DNA of 64,000 nt from Ruditapes philippinarum (Eukaryota), in assembly GCF_026571515.1 (NCBI RefSeq), contig NW_026863344.1, positions 1-64,000 of the forward strand. The letters are read 5' to 3'. Below are positions 34,562 to 48,329 of this stretch, piece after piece. The translations under genes and the position numbers were made by a program. The notes beneath the pieces are model-generated. The model did not search any database and was not told the origin of the DNA. It saw only the letters and a list, made by a program, of their open reading frames with translations. Position 1 is the stretch's first letter. Every line of letters begins with the position of its first letter.

Positions 34562-34750
34562 GTCATCGTCATCGTCATCATAGTTGTTGACATCGTTGTT
34601 GTGGCCGTGCTTATCATAATCATCATCGTCGTCGTTGCCGCCGTCATCATCATCATCATAATCAACAACTTCTTTTTATCCTTCACCATGATCGTAATCA
34701 TCAAACTAATCATCATCATCATCTTCTTTACTCTTCGTCTAAATCATCAT
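34488..34750. repeat. (CAT/CGT)n trinucleotide microsatellite
   Basis: Visible CATCATCAT runs; source of spurious poly-Ile/Met ORFs. Confidence 0.9.
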
Positions 34751-36611
34751 CCTTATCTCCAACGTGTTCAACAACACCATGATTAACGTTGACGCGGCGT
34801 ATGGTCACGTTACGTTGTTGTTATCAATTTTGTCCCTGCTTCAATCGTAGCCGTAACAGTTCAACATCTAAACCACTTTCAGTGATGAACACTACTTAAC
34901 ATATTCTTTAAAAAATGCAATTTGTTAATTTCATAGGAGGGGATTTAAGTATATCTTTGCTTTATTTATGGTATAATTGTTGTTTAATTAAGTCTTCTTT
35001 AAAAGAGTTAACGTGATTTTGTGAAATGCAGAAATAAAGACTTTTATCGCTTTGTATAACTGTACAGTATCAGATAATCAACGCTTTGCGTGATAAAAAT
35101 TTGATATTTTTAAAACAATGGCTGAACGGAGATACCGATCCAGAGTGTATGCATCACAAATTGTCACATTTATTGTGTCGAAATCTCGATAGGGACAACA
35201 AATATTATCATAGATTAAACCCTCTATATTTCTTGTTCTCCTATTGAATTGGTGCAATGTAATCGGTGATATTGTAAATGTTTGTTCTGGATTTATCTTT
35301 TTAAATATAGTTTTGTTAATACTCCAGATGAAAATCTCTGTAAACAATACACTAATGATAAGTGTTGTAGAGGTGATCGCGATTAACCGTGAGAAATCCG
35401 TGCCAAAAAGAACAGCAAGCGCAACTTAAGGCTGTTGAACAGCTATCTGATGAAATTGATACAATTTGTGCCGTATGTTTTAATCAAAAGCAATATACCT
35501 TTGGATAAATTTAAAATTTGCATTTCAGATTTTGAAAGCGCTGAAATCTATACAAGTTTGTCATATCTGATTTTTGTTTTTAAATTGTCTTCGGCAGTAA
35601 CATTTGGTCTGAAAAGCAACCAAAATACATGGGAGTAAAATGAATAAGATTTTTACTTTAATATATCACACTGTTTTTTTAACTGACATCACTGACATTA
35701 CGTCATGACTTTTGGCCAATCATGCGTAAATGAATTATTTTGCAAATGTACTCGGGAGTAAATTATGCAAGATGCGTTTCATACATGTAGGTCGGTTAAC
35801 TTAATGTTTGAGTGAGAAATATTCAGATATTGTTTGAATTCACATTCATTTGCGAAAATTTTCAGATTATGTTGATCATTTAACTTTCTTACAATTTAAA
35901 AAACAATTATTTTTAAAGGTTTCTATAATTCTTAAAAGCAAATAAGATTTGAATATTTGATAGCATACGTTATAATATTTAAACAATTATTATTGTTACT
36001 ATCTTGCTACACGAAAATATTTACTGCTCTTTGAAACAGTAGAAATATAGTATCTTATATACAAATATAAATATTATTTAGGAAACAACCAATTTTTGTA
36101 ACTTTAAGCATGCATTTGTCCTTTTGTTGATAATTGGACACTGTTTTATGTTGCTGAAACAATGAGTCGTAAGCAGTTACTGAATTGTTAAACGAAAACA
36201 ATTATAAAAAAACTTTATCAAAATAGTTTATCCGTTGCGACAAGATACAGTATCAATGTCAATGTTTCCACTGATTGTCTTTTTAATGTTTACAGGTATA
36301 CTGTTAAGAAGACATTCATAAAAGAGGACCAGCTTTGATGAAGAGATATTGATGGTGACATGGGTTTTATCTGACCTAAACCTAGGTAATGGACATGATG
36401 ATGATATACAGAAGATTATAACGATGAAAATATTTATAATTCTTCTGACAAAGATGTAAAATTAAAATGGCCCAGATTTGGTTTGAACTGATGAAATGAC
36501 ATGTTGTTGTTCTTTTACGGACACGTTTCATGGTATCATTGACTCGTTTGTACGTCAGGTCAATGCATTCCTGACAGAGATGGTCATGAGTTTGTGATTA
36601 GTGACATCTAA

Positions 36612-37110
36612 ATCATCGTTATAGTGGTCAACGTCGTCGTCATCCTCATCCTGTTCCTCCTCATCATCATCATCATTGTCATCGTCGTCTTCATCATCAT
36701 CGGCCTTGTCATTATTATCGTCACAGTCATCATCATCATCACCATTATTATCACCATCATCTTCGTCGTCGTCGTCATCCCCCTCCTCCTTCTCATCATA
36801 CTCACAAAATCATCGTCACCATCACCNNNNNNNNNNNNNNNNNNNNNNNNNNNNNNNNNNNNNNNNNNNNNNNNNNNNNNNNNNNNNNNNNNNNNNNNNN
36901 NNNNNNNNNNNNNNNNNNNNNNNNNNNNNNNNNNNNNNNNNNNNNNNNNNNNNNNNNNNNNTCTCATCTTCATCATTATTGTTATCATCATCACAACATC
37001 ATCACAATCATCGTCATATCACCACATCATTGTAATCACTCTCATCATTATCTTCGTCGCCATCATCATCACTATTGTTATAGTCAGCATCATCATTACG
37101 ACAATTCATC
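36612..37110. repeat. (CAT)n-type degenerate microsatellite containing an assembly gap (N at 36827-36961)
   Basis: CAT/CGT/CCT triplets on both sides of 135 Ns. Confidence 0.9.
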
Positions 37111-38596
37111 ACACATATATCAAGAATATAGTAAACTATTTATCAAGACTCTCTTGTGGCTTCTTATAGATAAATTATCTTTTATTTCAAAATAAAGACA
37201 AATAAATTTCAAGTCATGTTTCAAATCCATAAAGTTGTCGTTTTTAAAACAGTTTGAAACTATTGTATCAAAAGTAACATAGAAACCAATAAGTATCCTT
37301 CCTATTAAAAAAAGATGTCAAAGTTCATTAGTATGTTTTATTTAATCTGCAAACATTCAAACGCGTTCTATTTACACTTTGCATTGTTCATTAAAATCTA
37401 AAACGTGACAATACGTTAGAAATATTTCGAGTGTTGCTGGCAAGAACAATTTATACTTAAATCGGAAATCTAATAAGATTAACCATAAATTTATATGTCT
37501 TTATGTCTTTATTGGGAATGCACGTGTTTTTTCTACGTTAGACAGAACGATTAAATTGTTTCTTTACCAATCATTTTAGCTATTTTTTGCGCACTTATTA
37601 TATTGCTCTGTACTATATCATAACATTAAGGGTACATAGCATAGTAATGTCGATTTTCTTTCGTTGAAAGGAAAACAATAATTTTTCTTCAATCGTTGGC
37701 ATGTTCACTAATTTTGTTTAGCTAAGCTTTATTAACTATTTGTATCCATCTATCGGTCTCCCAGCCAGGCTGGTTTTTCACGCCTCTTAGGACCGACTTT
37801 GTCAAAGCGACACGGATTTACTTCGCACATTCAATACACCAGGATGATGTGCTGCTGGTGAAGTGATACTAAAAGAACTCAAAAGTCGATGGCGACGACT
37901 CGATAGGTGAGCATATGCGTGTTTGCGCCTTCGACTTTTTAGGGGTGAAGATACGAAGACATGAAATGGCAGAAATCAGCCACCATACCCCAGTAATATA
38001 CGGTTAAAGCTAAAAAGTACAATTTAATAGCTAATTGCACTTAGGCCGACAAGAAGTCAATTCGTGTATGTAAATTCTATTGCAAGCCGTTAATTCAATT
38101 TATTTTTTCGCTTAACCGGTGACAAATGTTTACAGCGACAAATATTAAGGTAAACAAACGAAAATTAATGTTTGTATTTTGGATCAAATTATTGTAATAT
38201 TGTAATTTATTTACGTACATAGAATAGCAGAATGTATGTTTATGATAATAACACCAAATATTTGACTTTTGATTGTATTTTGTATGTCCTCTTTGATCTT
38301 AATAATAAATATATCCAAAAAATAACACCGACAAAAGTACTTTTTAAACTTCTGTTTTTTTTCTTAAAAATTTCATTTAAGTATCATTAAGTACCATTTT
38401 TGGTATAAAATGTTAAGTCAGAAAAATAAGTGGCAAAATGTACATTTAGAAAACCACACTTTGTAACATAATATTGTTAAACACTAACTCTGTCCGATAA
38501 AATTAGAATGCAAATCTTGTGTGGAATCAACAAATAAAACAGAAAAACCGACGAAGGCGAAGCAGCTGCAGCAACAGTAGTACACCATTTAAACAA

Positions 38597-38843
38597 GGGG
38601 TAACGGCGTCCGTGGCTGAGTGGTTAAAGTCGTTGATTCTCATAATAAGAAGTTGTGGGTTTAAATTCCGCCAGGGACTTCGGTATCTTTCATGTAAGTG
38701 AGCTATACAGTTAGCTTAATGGACGTTGGTTGATCTACTCTATATAATGCACTGAGGGGTCCCTGAGGTCTTTCTCCACAAGCAAATCTGAAAAGTCATC
38801 TTTGACCTTTGCAGTGTTGGTGTTGCGTTAAACAAAACCAAAC
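38597..38843 (+). mobile_element. tRNA-derived SINE (diverged)
   Basis: GGCGTCCGTGGCTGAGTGGTTAAAGTC head (A box), CTTTCATGT..G..AGCTAT body, ATAATGCAC...CCTGAGGTCTT, and an A-rich tail. Confidence 0.75.
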
Positions 38844-39704
38844 ATATCAAGGGATTCTTTTAGATTTTACATGCTAGCGTGCTACAACTCGAGTGGTCAA
38901 ACTCGCCAAATGACATTCTTTCTATCTCCAGCCTCGATGATTAAGATAAATTCATCGCAGAGTGCATATTTTATATCAACTTATAGTATAAACCTACTTG
39001 ATTAGATTATTTCTGTCATATTTACAACAATACATTATACTTAAAAATACTTAAAATATATATCATTTTTTATAAACATCAATTCACAGTACTAAGGAAT
39101 ACAGTGTACATTCGTAATTTATCACAACTACCATGTAGTTTATCACTGTTAAGACTAAAGTTTTATTCCCATTTGAATGAGATATAATCCCTTTGATTTG
39201 TTATTTCAAAAGTTGTGTATTGGCTTATGGAATGGTATGCGTGAAACAAGGTGCTTAGATGTAAGAGCCTTACATGATATTGTCATGCGTGTATTGTCAA
39301 TCTTCATTTGTTACCTAGGCGGCAATAAAGCAAAACTACGGCCCTCAACATTACTGTGCAGATTTATAAACGACGCGAAGTCCATCTGTCGATAGTGGAG
39401 GTTATTTAAACAAACACTCGAGAGTTTCTTAGCACAAAAATCATTATTTTACGAGATGGAAATCTAACCAAGTAATAAAAACTAAAAACCGGTAATTTAC
39501 AATTTTCAATTCTTTAAAATCTCCCGATTAAGCACGATTAGGAGAGAGTTAATGTTTTGTTGATAGATAATATTGAATTAAAGCAAAGATTTACTGCTTT
39601 TTTAAATTATCCATCAGCTTTACATTTATAATGGACCCCGTAATAATTCAACAGAATGGCCTAGCATTTATTATATTTAGCAACATCTTGTAGAGCAAGT
39701 GAAA

Positions 39705-39793
39705 AGAAGAAGAAGATGATGATGATGATGAAGAAGAAGATGAAGAAGAAAAAGAAGAAGTTGAAGAAGAAGAAGAAGAAGAAGAAGAAGAAA
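39705..39793. repeat. (GAA/GAT)n microsatellite
   Basis: Direct observation. Confidence 0.9.
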
Positions 39794-41178
39794 GCATATC
39801 TAATGAGCCAAAATCGTTGTTTCATCAAGATATTGGTTTCTATAGTTTTTCTTTAACCACGTTGGCTGTATGGTAACAACAGCAACATTATCAAATCCGT
39901 GTAGTCTGACAACAACAACAAAAAAAAAACACCAATACTTTTAACACTTTGATATAGAAATCCCTTAAAAGTAGCAAGTTCTGAACACACATTAAAACAT
40001 GAATACAGATTCATGCTAATTATCTATTTTTGTAAATAAAGAAAGATAGTAATTAAAACATTGCAAACGGCAAGTTCAATCCAAATAAAATACCTAAATA
40101 TATAATTCCGTTAGTCTCTCAGGAGAAATATTATGTTAAATACTGCAAAATCAGTTAGTCGTTGCATTTAAAATGTAAATTATTACTTGAATTGTAAATA
40201 TTTTTCCTTTTCTTAACATACATTTTTCTCAAAGTAGATTTTATTTTGTTTTAATAGATCATCTATAAAATGGTTGATATATTTCTTTATACTCTGGGGT
40301 TTGGCTGAAAACAGGTTCAAACTGTAGTATTTCATGAATAAAAATTTTCTAAACTGCATCGTATAGAATTTTATCTTCCGTGGACTTATGTACATATCTC
40401 ATTTTATCCTTGCAAATTACCGCTATTATCCTTGTCACAATGAAATATTTGTAGAACACTCTCGCTTTGTAAATCTACAGGACATCCCTGTACAAATAAA
40501 GAACTCAATTTCGAGGACCAAAAAGGATTTAATAAGAATTCATTCGAGTTTATACGGGGCTTATCATATAAACGACAGACCAAAGAAGTTGTCAACGCGA
40601 AGAATAGAAAGTGTCTTTGCATTCTACAAACTTCGATCGTTTTGATTGATCGGTAAATATTTGCGTAATAAAACGTGGCGGCCTGATCATCCGATTAGAT
40701 ATCTTAATGTTACAAATGGGACTAATTTATGCGAGTGAGTGAAAAGGCTCTAAGATATGCAAATTCCGTTTAAATATCTAACACATTGAAAAAATATACT
40801 AGCAAGGGTTACGAAATTTAACACACTTCTTATCTAATTATTAAATTGTTAGACTTTAGTGCCAGACTTACTGACAATACTGACAAATGATTAATATGAA
40901 GCAAAATTAAACTCATTTATAATTACTTTTATTCAAAAAGAATGTTAGAATAAAAACATATATTAATTAATATTACTACATTAAAGTTTCATGAAAAACG
41001 CCACCACCACAATCAATACTTCAATTAACAACAATTACAATTATGAAAAATAACAACAGGATACATAGATTCCTTTTGGTAATATACGAGTTTATAGAAA
41101 AAAATAATACAAATGTGCAACAAAATAATTCTATCTATCTTAATTCATAAAAAAATCTAGCACACATTAGCTGGGAAA

Positions 41179-44100
41179 TCAATACGCCATTCCAAGCCAT
41201 ATACCAGATGGGTTAACGCTGGCATTGATGACATCGTAGGGTTTTAGAACCCCGATAAATTCTCCAGTAAAACCTTCCGTCACATTGTATCCCTCTGTAT
41301 TAGTCAAACCAATTTCGTATAGTCGCATGTTTACCTGTAAATATAGGTGAAAAAAAAACTTACCAACAAAATCATCACAAAAAAGTTCGGTGAAAAGGGG
41401 AACATTTAAAAAAAATTCTCTAGCATACATTGTCTATTCTAGGACGGAGGTGGGGGATTCACTTATATTTTAAGAATCCCCCTATTTTTCAGATGCAGGG
41501 GGGAAATTTTACATAGAAAAAGAAGGTAAAAGATCAACAAAAGTAATTCTAACTTTTCGATAAAAATCCCCCCCCCCCTGTTTTTCAAATTCTAGAATAG
41601 ACACTGTCAGTTTACTTGCTATATTATTATGTTAAGGAAAGCAATTCTCTCAACGAGTGCAAGTTCTTATTCCAGGTAAAACGTTAGTGTAATACAAGAT
41701 GCAATTTTTGGTGTAATATTATCGTACTTGCATTCAAAATAAACAAAACAAATGGGTGATAGGTAGCTAAGTTATTTCAAATATATGTTTCAGTTTCAGT
41801 TTTTTATTAAACCAAGGCATATAATATGCAACTGGTTATAACAAAAAAACAAACAGAAAAATAACAGTCAAAAATCACTAATATCACAATATAAAAATAC
41901 AATTATGACTAGCTAAATAAACAAAAAGGAGATCATATTGTTCATTTCAAGTACTGAATTCAATACAACATGTACATGTATTTTATATTGTAACAAATGG
42001 GAACGGAGAATGAGAAGTATTAGATCTAGTTATCTAAATTTTAACATAATGTTTTTGCAAAATAAATATAATTTTAGTAGAATATTTTTATCACAACTAT
42101 TAATTAATGTGTCAAGTTTAAAAATATTGGGATGAATGTAAAACCTGGATGGAAGAGATTTACGTCTTATGTCATTTAATACGAACATTCAATAAGTAGT
42201 GAAATTCATCACCAATAGCTTGATACGGACATAACGAACAGACCCTATTATTATGATCAATTGTTCTAAATTTACATAAATATTTGCCTATGTCAAAAGG
42301 AAGTACATCTAGATATTTTTCAAAACAATGAGTATTTTTATATGTACGATACACTAAACACTTAGAGGATGTATCAATAGTACTATGCCAATCTTGTAAA
42401 AATTGATCTTGTAGTCTAAGCTTCACAATATTTTTAAAGTGATTAATATTATCTACCATGGAACATTGAAAAGTGGTGGCTACAGTGGCAGCTATACCAA
42501 ACTTTGTACATTTCCTAAGAAATTTGAGCCAATAATCTTTGTGGGTTTTTTTCTCAGCCGGTGTGATTGACTACATGTTTTGACATTATGTGTTTTACAC
42601 GTTATCTTTATGTAATATATTTTTCTGCCCAACGGACTACCAAATTCCTTGATATTTCACACTAGTGGATATATGTACAAGTCATTAAAAAACTGGACGA
42701 TCAACACTTTCAAAAGTCTCTTTTTATTATAGAAATCGCGATTTATACGACTGAAATTAATTGCTAAATAAAATACGCACCCGCAAAGGACCGCCTCCGT
42801 CGTCTAAATTCAGGAAAGCAAAAGCCATTCCTTTAAAATCAAACCCCAACTTCTTTGTCCATATTTCCATAGCACCATTCTGTAAAACAATTCTTCTACA
42901 TAAATCTAACATGTCTAAATTTGTGAGCTTTTAAGAAAATGAATCTTTATATTGAAAATTTAATTTACAAAACTTGGCATGTCGTTGAATTATCTCGAAT
43001 ACAAGTGAGATTTCTTTCATTTCTTTATCTAGATGGTTATTCTGTTAACATACTATGAGAATATCAAATTAATCTACATTTTCAGTGGTCAATAGCTTAC
43101 AACAAATTACCTCAGGACTATAGTTACAGCAAATCAGGTATAAACCCAACGGATTTACCTCCCTTTATAGCCAACGTAAGTCAATGTAAAGATGTTTGAT
43201 TATTGTTGTATATCGTATTCTTGTTACTTTTACTAAATGATTTTCATATCAAATTCTAAAAATGCTTTTGTTCAAACTGATATTACTTTTAGATTATTTA
43301 TCGCTTTAACTGTGGCGTCCTTTATTTATCGTTGTTTTGACACTATGTATAGGTTAGAGTGCATATTGGGTGTTCTTCGTAAATAAGAAAGCTAAAAAGG
43401 AGCGGAGCTTGCGAAGCGACTGTAGCTTTCTTATTTACGAAGAACATCCAATATGCACTCTAACCGGCTTAGTGCTCCGCCCACTTGCGTTTTATAATAT
43501 AAAACGTCCAGTTTATATAAAATCTGTTCTATTAAGATTTGAAACCTGAAAATTTGAAAAATCCTCGTCGGTGATTGGCTTAAAAAAATTGGCGAGAACT
43601 AATTCAAATTTCAGTTGATTTTACGTGATAAACAATATGATATCCGTTCTTCTGTTTCGGAAGACATTCTTTAGTTACAGCAGAAATTCTTCTCTTTACA
43701 TATAGAGCCTTTTGTTACAATCTAAATTCTTAAATGTGTTACAACATTCATTTTTTTTTGTTTCAATAAATTTTTCGTTACCATAGGCCTTGTTTGTTTC
43801 CAAAGACATTCTGATGTTTCTTTTCGAAGACTTTTGTTTCTATAGATATTTGTTTTATATCAGCATACTTACTTTCATAATTCTCTTCCCCATGCTACCA
43901 TTTGCGTCTTGGTTAATTCTAATTAGAATATCACTCTGTAACAAAGCTTTAGCTTCAGGTTTTACGTTCCTCAGATCTACCGAAATCAGTAAAGGCGCTG
44001 ACATGATCGCCCACATGGCCATCTGTACCCGTTGTTGATCGTAACTCAACCCATAGTCACCGACAATGATCTAAAATATGTTTATATCATATTGAGTATT

Positions 44101-46860
44101 GTTGAAACACTAGATACGTTTTATTTGCCTGCATTAATGCAAGCATTAACTATCCTATCATCAACAGCTTGTACATTATGCACCAAAGTTTATAACATTT
44201 ATTGACGGATATAAAATCATCTCAAGATATATTAGAAACAAATAATACCTATGATGCTGTTAATGAAGATCAGAATGAAAATAGTGCATTTTTCAGTTTG
44301 CATATAGTCAGCGCTTCTATTTTAGATACGCAAAATAGAATTTATCTTTTTTTCTATTATTTTACATTAGTGAGGGATGCATTTGAAAAATACGTAATAT
44401 TAAATAATTATGATGCGATTATAATTAAAGAGACATCCAAAAGCAAGCGCATTGGGTGCTTTTGATGTTTAATTTAAAGAAGTGAAAGATACATTAACAT
44501 AAATACAAACACTATTTCCTGAAGAATTTCAGATACTTAGCAGTTTATGTACAACGTTTATTGTAACCAAAGTGTTTAATCAACAGTAATATACATGTAT
44601 GTACTATTAGTTTTAAACACAATTCAAAGATTCAATTCCCCTTAAAACCCCATCATCAGCAGTAGCAACAATAACAAGAATAGGACCAACTTACCATGTC
44701 CGGATCATTATAGTTTCCAGGTCCTGCAACAAGACTGAAGTTTCCAGTATCGTTACCATAGAATTCTATAATCCCTCTAACACTGTCCCAGGAATCTTGT
44801 ATATCTGCATAATTTCTCCAGATGTTACAATAACTAGCAATCTTCTTATAGTCAGGCTGACAAATCAAAGGGATATACATTACATATACATTTCTTTTTT
44901 TCCCCTTTTTAACATAGGTCATCTATGATTTTGTTAAAAGAAATATATATCAACTAATGGAACTGAAATGCATGATAGTTAGTTTGAATGACAATAAATG
45001 TTAATATTTTTATATAAGATGATACATTAAAAAGAATTGCTATTGATAGTCCATACAGTTGAAAACAACGCTCTTATATATGTTAAGTTGGTAGAAATTA
45101 TCAGGATATCATCAGGAAATAATGATATAGATTATTTCACAACGTGGAAGAAAGAGTTGTTGGTAAATTACAATTTGTTTGGAGAAGACAACATAGGCTG
45201 GCCAACTACAGGAGTACAACATTGGACGTCCAGTCTGATTTAAGAATAATGACATCGCTGGATAACCTATGATAAGATAAAGAACAAAGTAGATTTTAAT
45301 TACATGTATGTTGTTGTTATTTAAGAAAGAGATCGGAGGTTTAAAAATTATACTTTAAATCAATATAATTATCTACATATTTATATTCCTTTATTTCAAT
45401 GATAGTAATGACTATAAAATGTTCAACATCATCAACCAACATCATCAACTTTGTTGGTGTATTTATGTGAACATTTTTCCAAATTAACATGGCCTTTTAC
45501 AAATTAGGTTGAAATGTATGCGAGAAATCATGATTCGTTCACCGTTCAATACTGATTCACCAGCCCTGCACTGCAATAAAAATAATTTTGTAAATAAGCG
45601 GTTGAATATCGAAAACAAAATGTTTTAATTATATTCAAACCATATTCCATGTCTTGAATGTTTGAGTTGCAACCATCCAGTTTGACCATATCTATTCCCC
45701 AAGAAGCAAATGTTTCGGCGTCTTTTTGAAGATAGAATTCGCTGCCAGGATACCCACCACATGTAAATGTCCCAAAATCTTCATATATACCGAGTTTTAA
45801 TCCTTTAGCATGCATCTAGATTTATATACAAACACATGCATGTATGCTCGTTTCAATTTAGACATTAAAACATGCATCTGTTCATGAAATATACAAACAG
45901 ATGTAACGTAGTTACTTTGATATGCTTACTGGAAAAAGAAAAAATGCACTGAAGCCAATGTCAAACATCATGGAAATCGCTTTCTATCCTCCACAGGTGT
46001 GCCTAAGAAAAGATGCTAAATAATAAATATTAATTTGTGCCATTAGAATTTTTTTTTCTCTAAATATATAAAATGAAGACAGAAAAGACATCGTGGAAAT
46101 GATACATACGTAGTCAGCAAGCCATTTCATGCCATGTGGGAATCGTTTTCTATCTGCTACAAGTGTACCGTTGGCGTCTCGTTCCTTCTCCATCCAGCAA
46201 TCATCTACGTTCACGTACTCGTAACCTTTATCCTTGTAGCCTTCCGTTACCATTGCGTCAGCCATTGCTGTGTATAAGTTCTCACTGACAATTGTAAATA
46301 ACAAATTACAAAAACTTGGTTCAGTGTTCGGAAGGAATATTTAGCACGTTTCAAGTCAGTTTCCTGTATTTATCAGCAATGGTGTCATAATTATAGCGAA
46401 TCTTGCTTGTGACCGTTGTCCTGTTCGAACAGATGATTTGTTTGTTTGCCAGATTCCTTAAATACTTGAGTACCACTGAAAGGTCCCCAAACTATGATAC
46501 CACTTCCCTCATAACTGCTTGAAATAACATTAGACAGAAAAAATTTAAATGCATGTACATGTACCGTCAAATTTATTTGTTTGTTTAATTTTGAGATGCC
46601 AAACTTTGGTGTAATGCTTCTTACTTGTTGAACTGTTAAAGGTTGTGACGAATAGAAAAGATGTAAAACAACAGTAATGACATATTAATGTTTTCCAAGT
46701 GTTCGTACCTGATACAGTTATCTGGGTCATTGTCACAGTCAATGTTACATCTATATCGTTCCCATGACAACCATCCCATAGGTGGCGTCACAGCCAAACC
46801 ATTGTCTAGTCCCTGGCTTATACTACACAGTGTTACAGACAATATAAGTGTAAAAATCAT
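41179..46860 (-). CDS. NAGA: Alpha-N-acetylgalactosaminidase (GH27), paralog B; 8 coding exons: 46860-46709, 46284-46110, 45815-45641, 45266-45172, 44856-44695, 44070-43873, 42879-42781, 41334-41179; 403 aa
   Basis: Exon lengths (152,175,175,95,162,198,99) are identical to paralog A, with the same motifs ([41 protein letters not shown]); no frameshift or internal stop; 1212 nt CDS. Confidence 0.93.
41788..42460 (-). mobile_element. 5'-truncated non-LTR retrotransposon (RTE-X-like LINE 3' end) in NAGA-B intron 7
   Basis: ORF 42459-42172 reads [10 protein letters not shown]...YRTYK...FEKYL...LCKFRT...RVCSLC....IGDEFHYLL, the typical post-RT C-terminal Cys/His motif of LINE ORF2; the 3' end has AATAAA followed by (ACTGAA) tandem repeats at 41788-41810. 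Confidence 0.8.
43352..43465. repeat. Long hairpin (43 bp arms, one mismatch, 28 nt loop), likely the end of a Crypton-like element
   Basis: GGTTAGAGTGCATATTGGGTGTTCTTCGTAAATAAGAAAGCTA and its reverse complement flank the loop ...GAGCGGAGCTTGCGAAGCGAC... Confidence 0.85.
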
Positions 46861-47074
46861 TGTGACGTTTTCATCTATAAATAAACAACTTCAAATTTAA
46901 TTATAACATCAAACATGCGTTAAATAAAAAGAAAGAACTGTTGCTATGCAAAATTAAGCGGTCTTACGTGTTTCATTGAATAGATGTTTCGAGACATTTC
47001 TATGTAAAAGCATTTACTCTTGAAATAATGTACATGTATATCTAACTAGAAGAGGACCATTACATTCTAAAAAA

Positions 47075-47150
47075 GAAGCAGAGGAAGAGGGAAAAGATGA
47101 GGAGAAGGAGTAAAAGGGCAATATGATGATGATGATGACGACGACGACAA

Positions 47151-47184
<34 letters not shown>

Positions 47185-47290
47185 GGTGGTGAAGAGATAA
47201 AGAAGTGGGAGAATTAGGAGGAAATAAGGAGGAGGAGGAGAATGTGAAGAGCGAGAAGGGAGTAGAAGAATAAGAAGTGAAGTAGAGAAA
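47075..47290. repeat. Compound GAG/GAT/GAC/GGT microsatellite and purine-rich tract upstream of the NAGA-B start codon
   Basis: Direct observation. Confidence 0.85.
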
Positions 47291-48329
47291 ACACAAGAAC
47301 GTGCCTTGTTGGTTATAGGGGACAAATTGATCAATTTTATTGTAATCAACAAGGGTTTCCCTCATATCCTAGTTTTATTTTATATAGATACATTGAACGC
47401 AATTACAGAAGTGTAAAGACACGCCCAAGATGTGAGTTTTAACTGATTATTTAAAGTTTTTCCAATGACGTTCGATCTATCTAAAACCGAACATAGACTG
47501 CTAATATAACATTAGGTAACTTATCTGTAATATTTTTAAATAGTTTCCCTGTGGTTGAAGCTGGTGACCTACATTTATACCATTGAAAATTTGAGACATC
47601 ATTTCATATCATTATAAATGGTTGTAGAAAATCCCTCTTGACCATTATTAAAAGGGTAAACAGGAGAGTCATGCCAGTTTAGTGAAAAGAGGTTTGATTT
47701 TAATAGATAAACATGTAAATGGTAACAGATAACAAAAATACCTGAGACGGTCGTTTGATGATCACATTAGCTAACTTTATAGCACTTTTGTGGACTGGCA
47801 AAATGATCTGTAGCTAGTTAGGTACATGATAACAAGAAAATAATAGAAACCTTGGAATAAACGTTTATAAGCGTTTGTACATGTATACGCACTAATATCC
47901 TACATTTTAGTATAAACATTTAATGATAAAACTAATTCACTTACTTGTTTCAGGTCTCGGTTTATCATATGACATGTAGTCCTATATATATGTATTGTCA
48001 ATATTTTGATAAATATAAAGACGTTGGTCGTTTATATATAATAACAGATTTAAAGTTACACAAGCTAACTGTTTCTTTGATAAAGATCATTTGGAAGTAA
48101 AGTATACTCCGACGCATGTAACCGAAATAAAATATACAAAATATCTTCATTTCGATTCGAGATATTTGCTAGGGAATATGGTATTATATTACGCTTGTAG
48201 CGGATATTGTAAAATTTCACTTTGAGAAAATAATGATATACAGTGGGTAATGCAGTTAAAACATTTTAAAAAATCAAAATGATATCTATAGTGACGACAT
48301 AAGCATTTATAAACCATGCACTTTTTCTA

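Noticed and set aside
36296-36385. Exon-like segment (TTTACAG ... CTAG|GTAATG) on the plus strand
   Set aside because: Stops in all three frames and no partner exons identified; could only be non-coding and is unsupported.
34448-37169. Poly-Ile/Met/Ser ORFs (also poly-His at 47014-47365)
   Set aside because: Translations of trinucleotide microsatellites, partly across an N gap.
41179-46860. NAGA-B as a haplotig/assembly duplicate or pseudogene of NAGA-A
   Set aside because: Introns are unalignable, terminal exons are ~71% identical, and all splice sites and the reading frame are intact.
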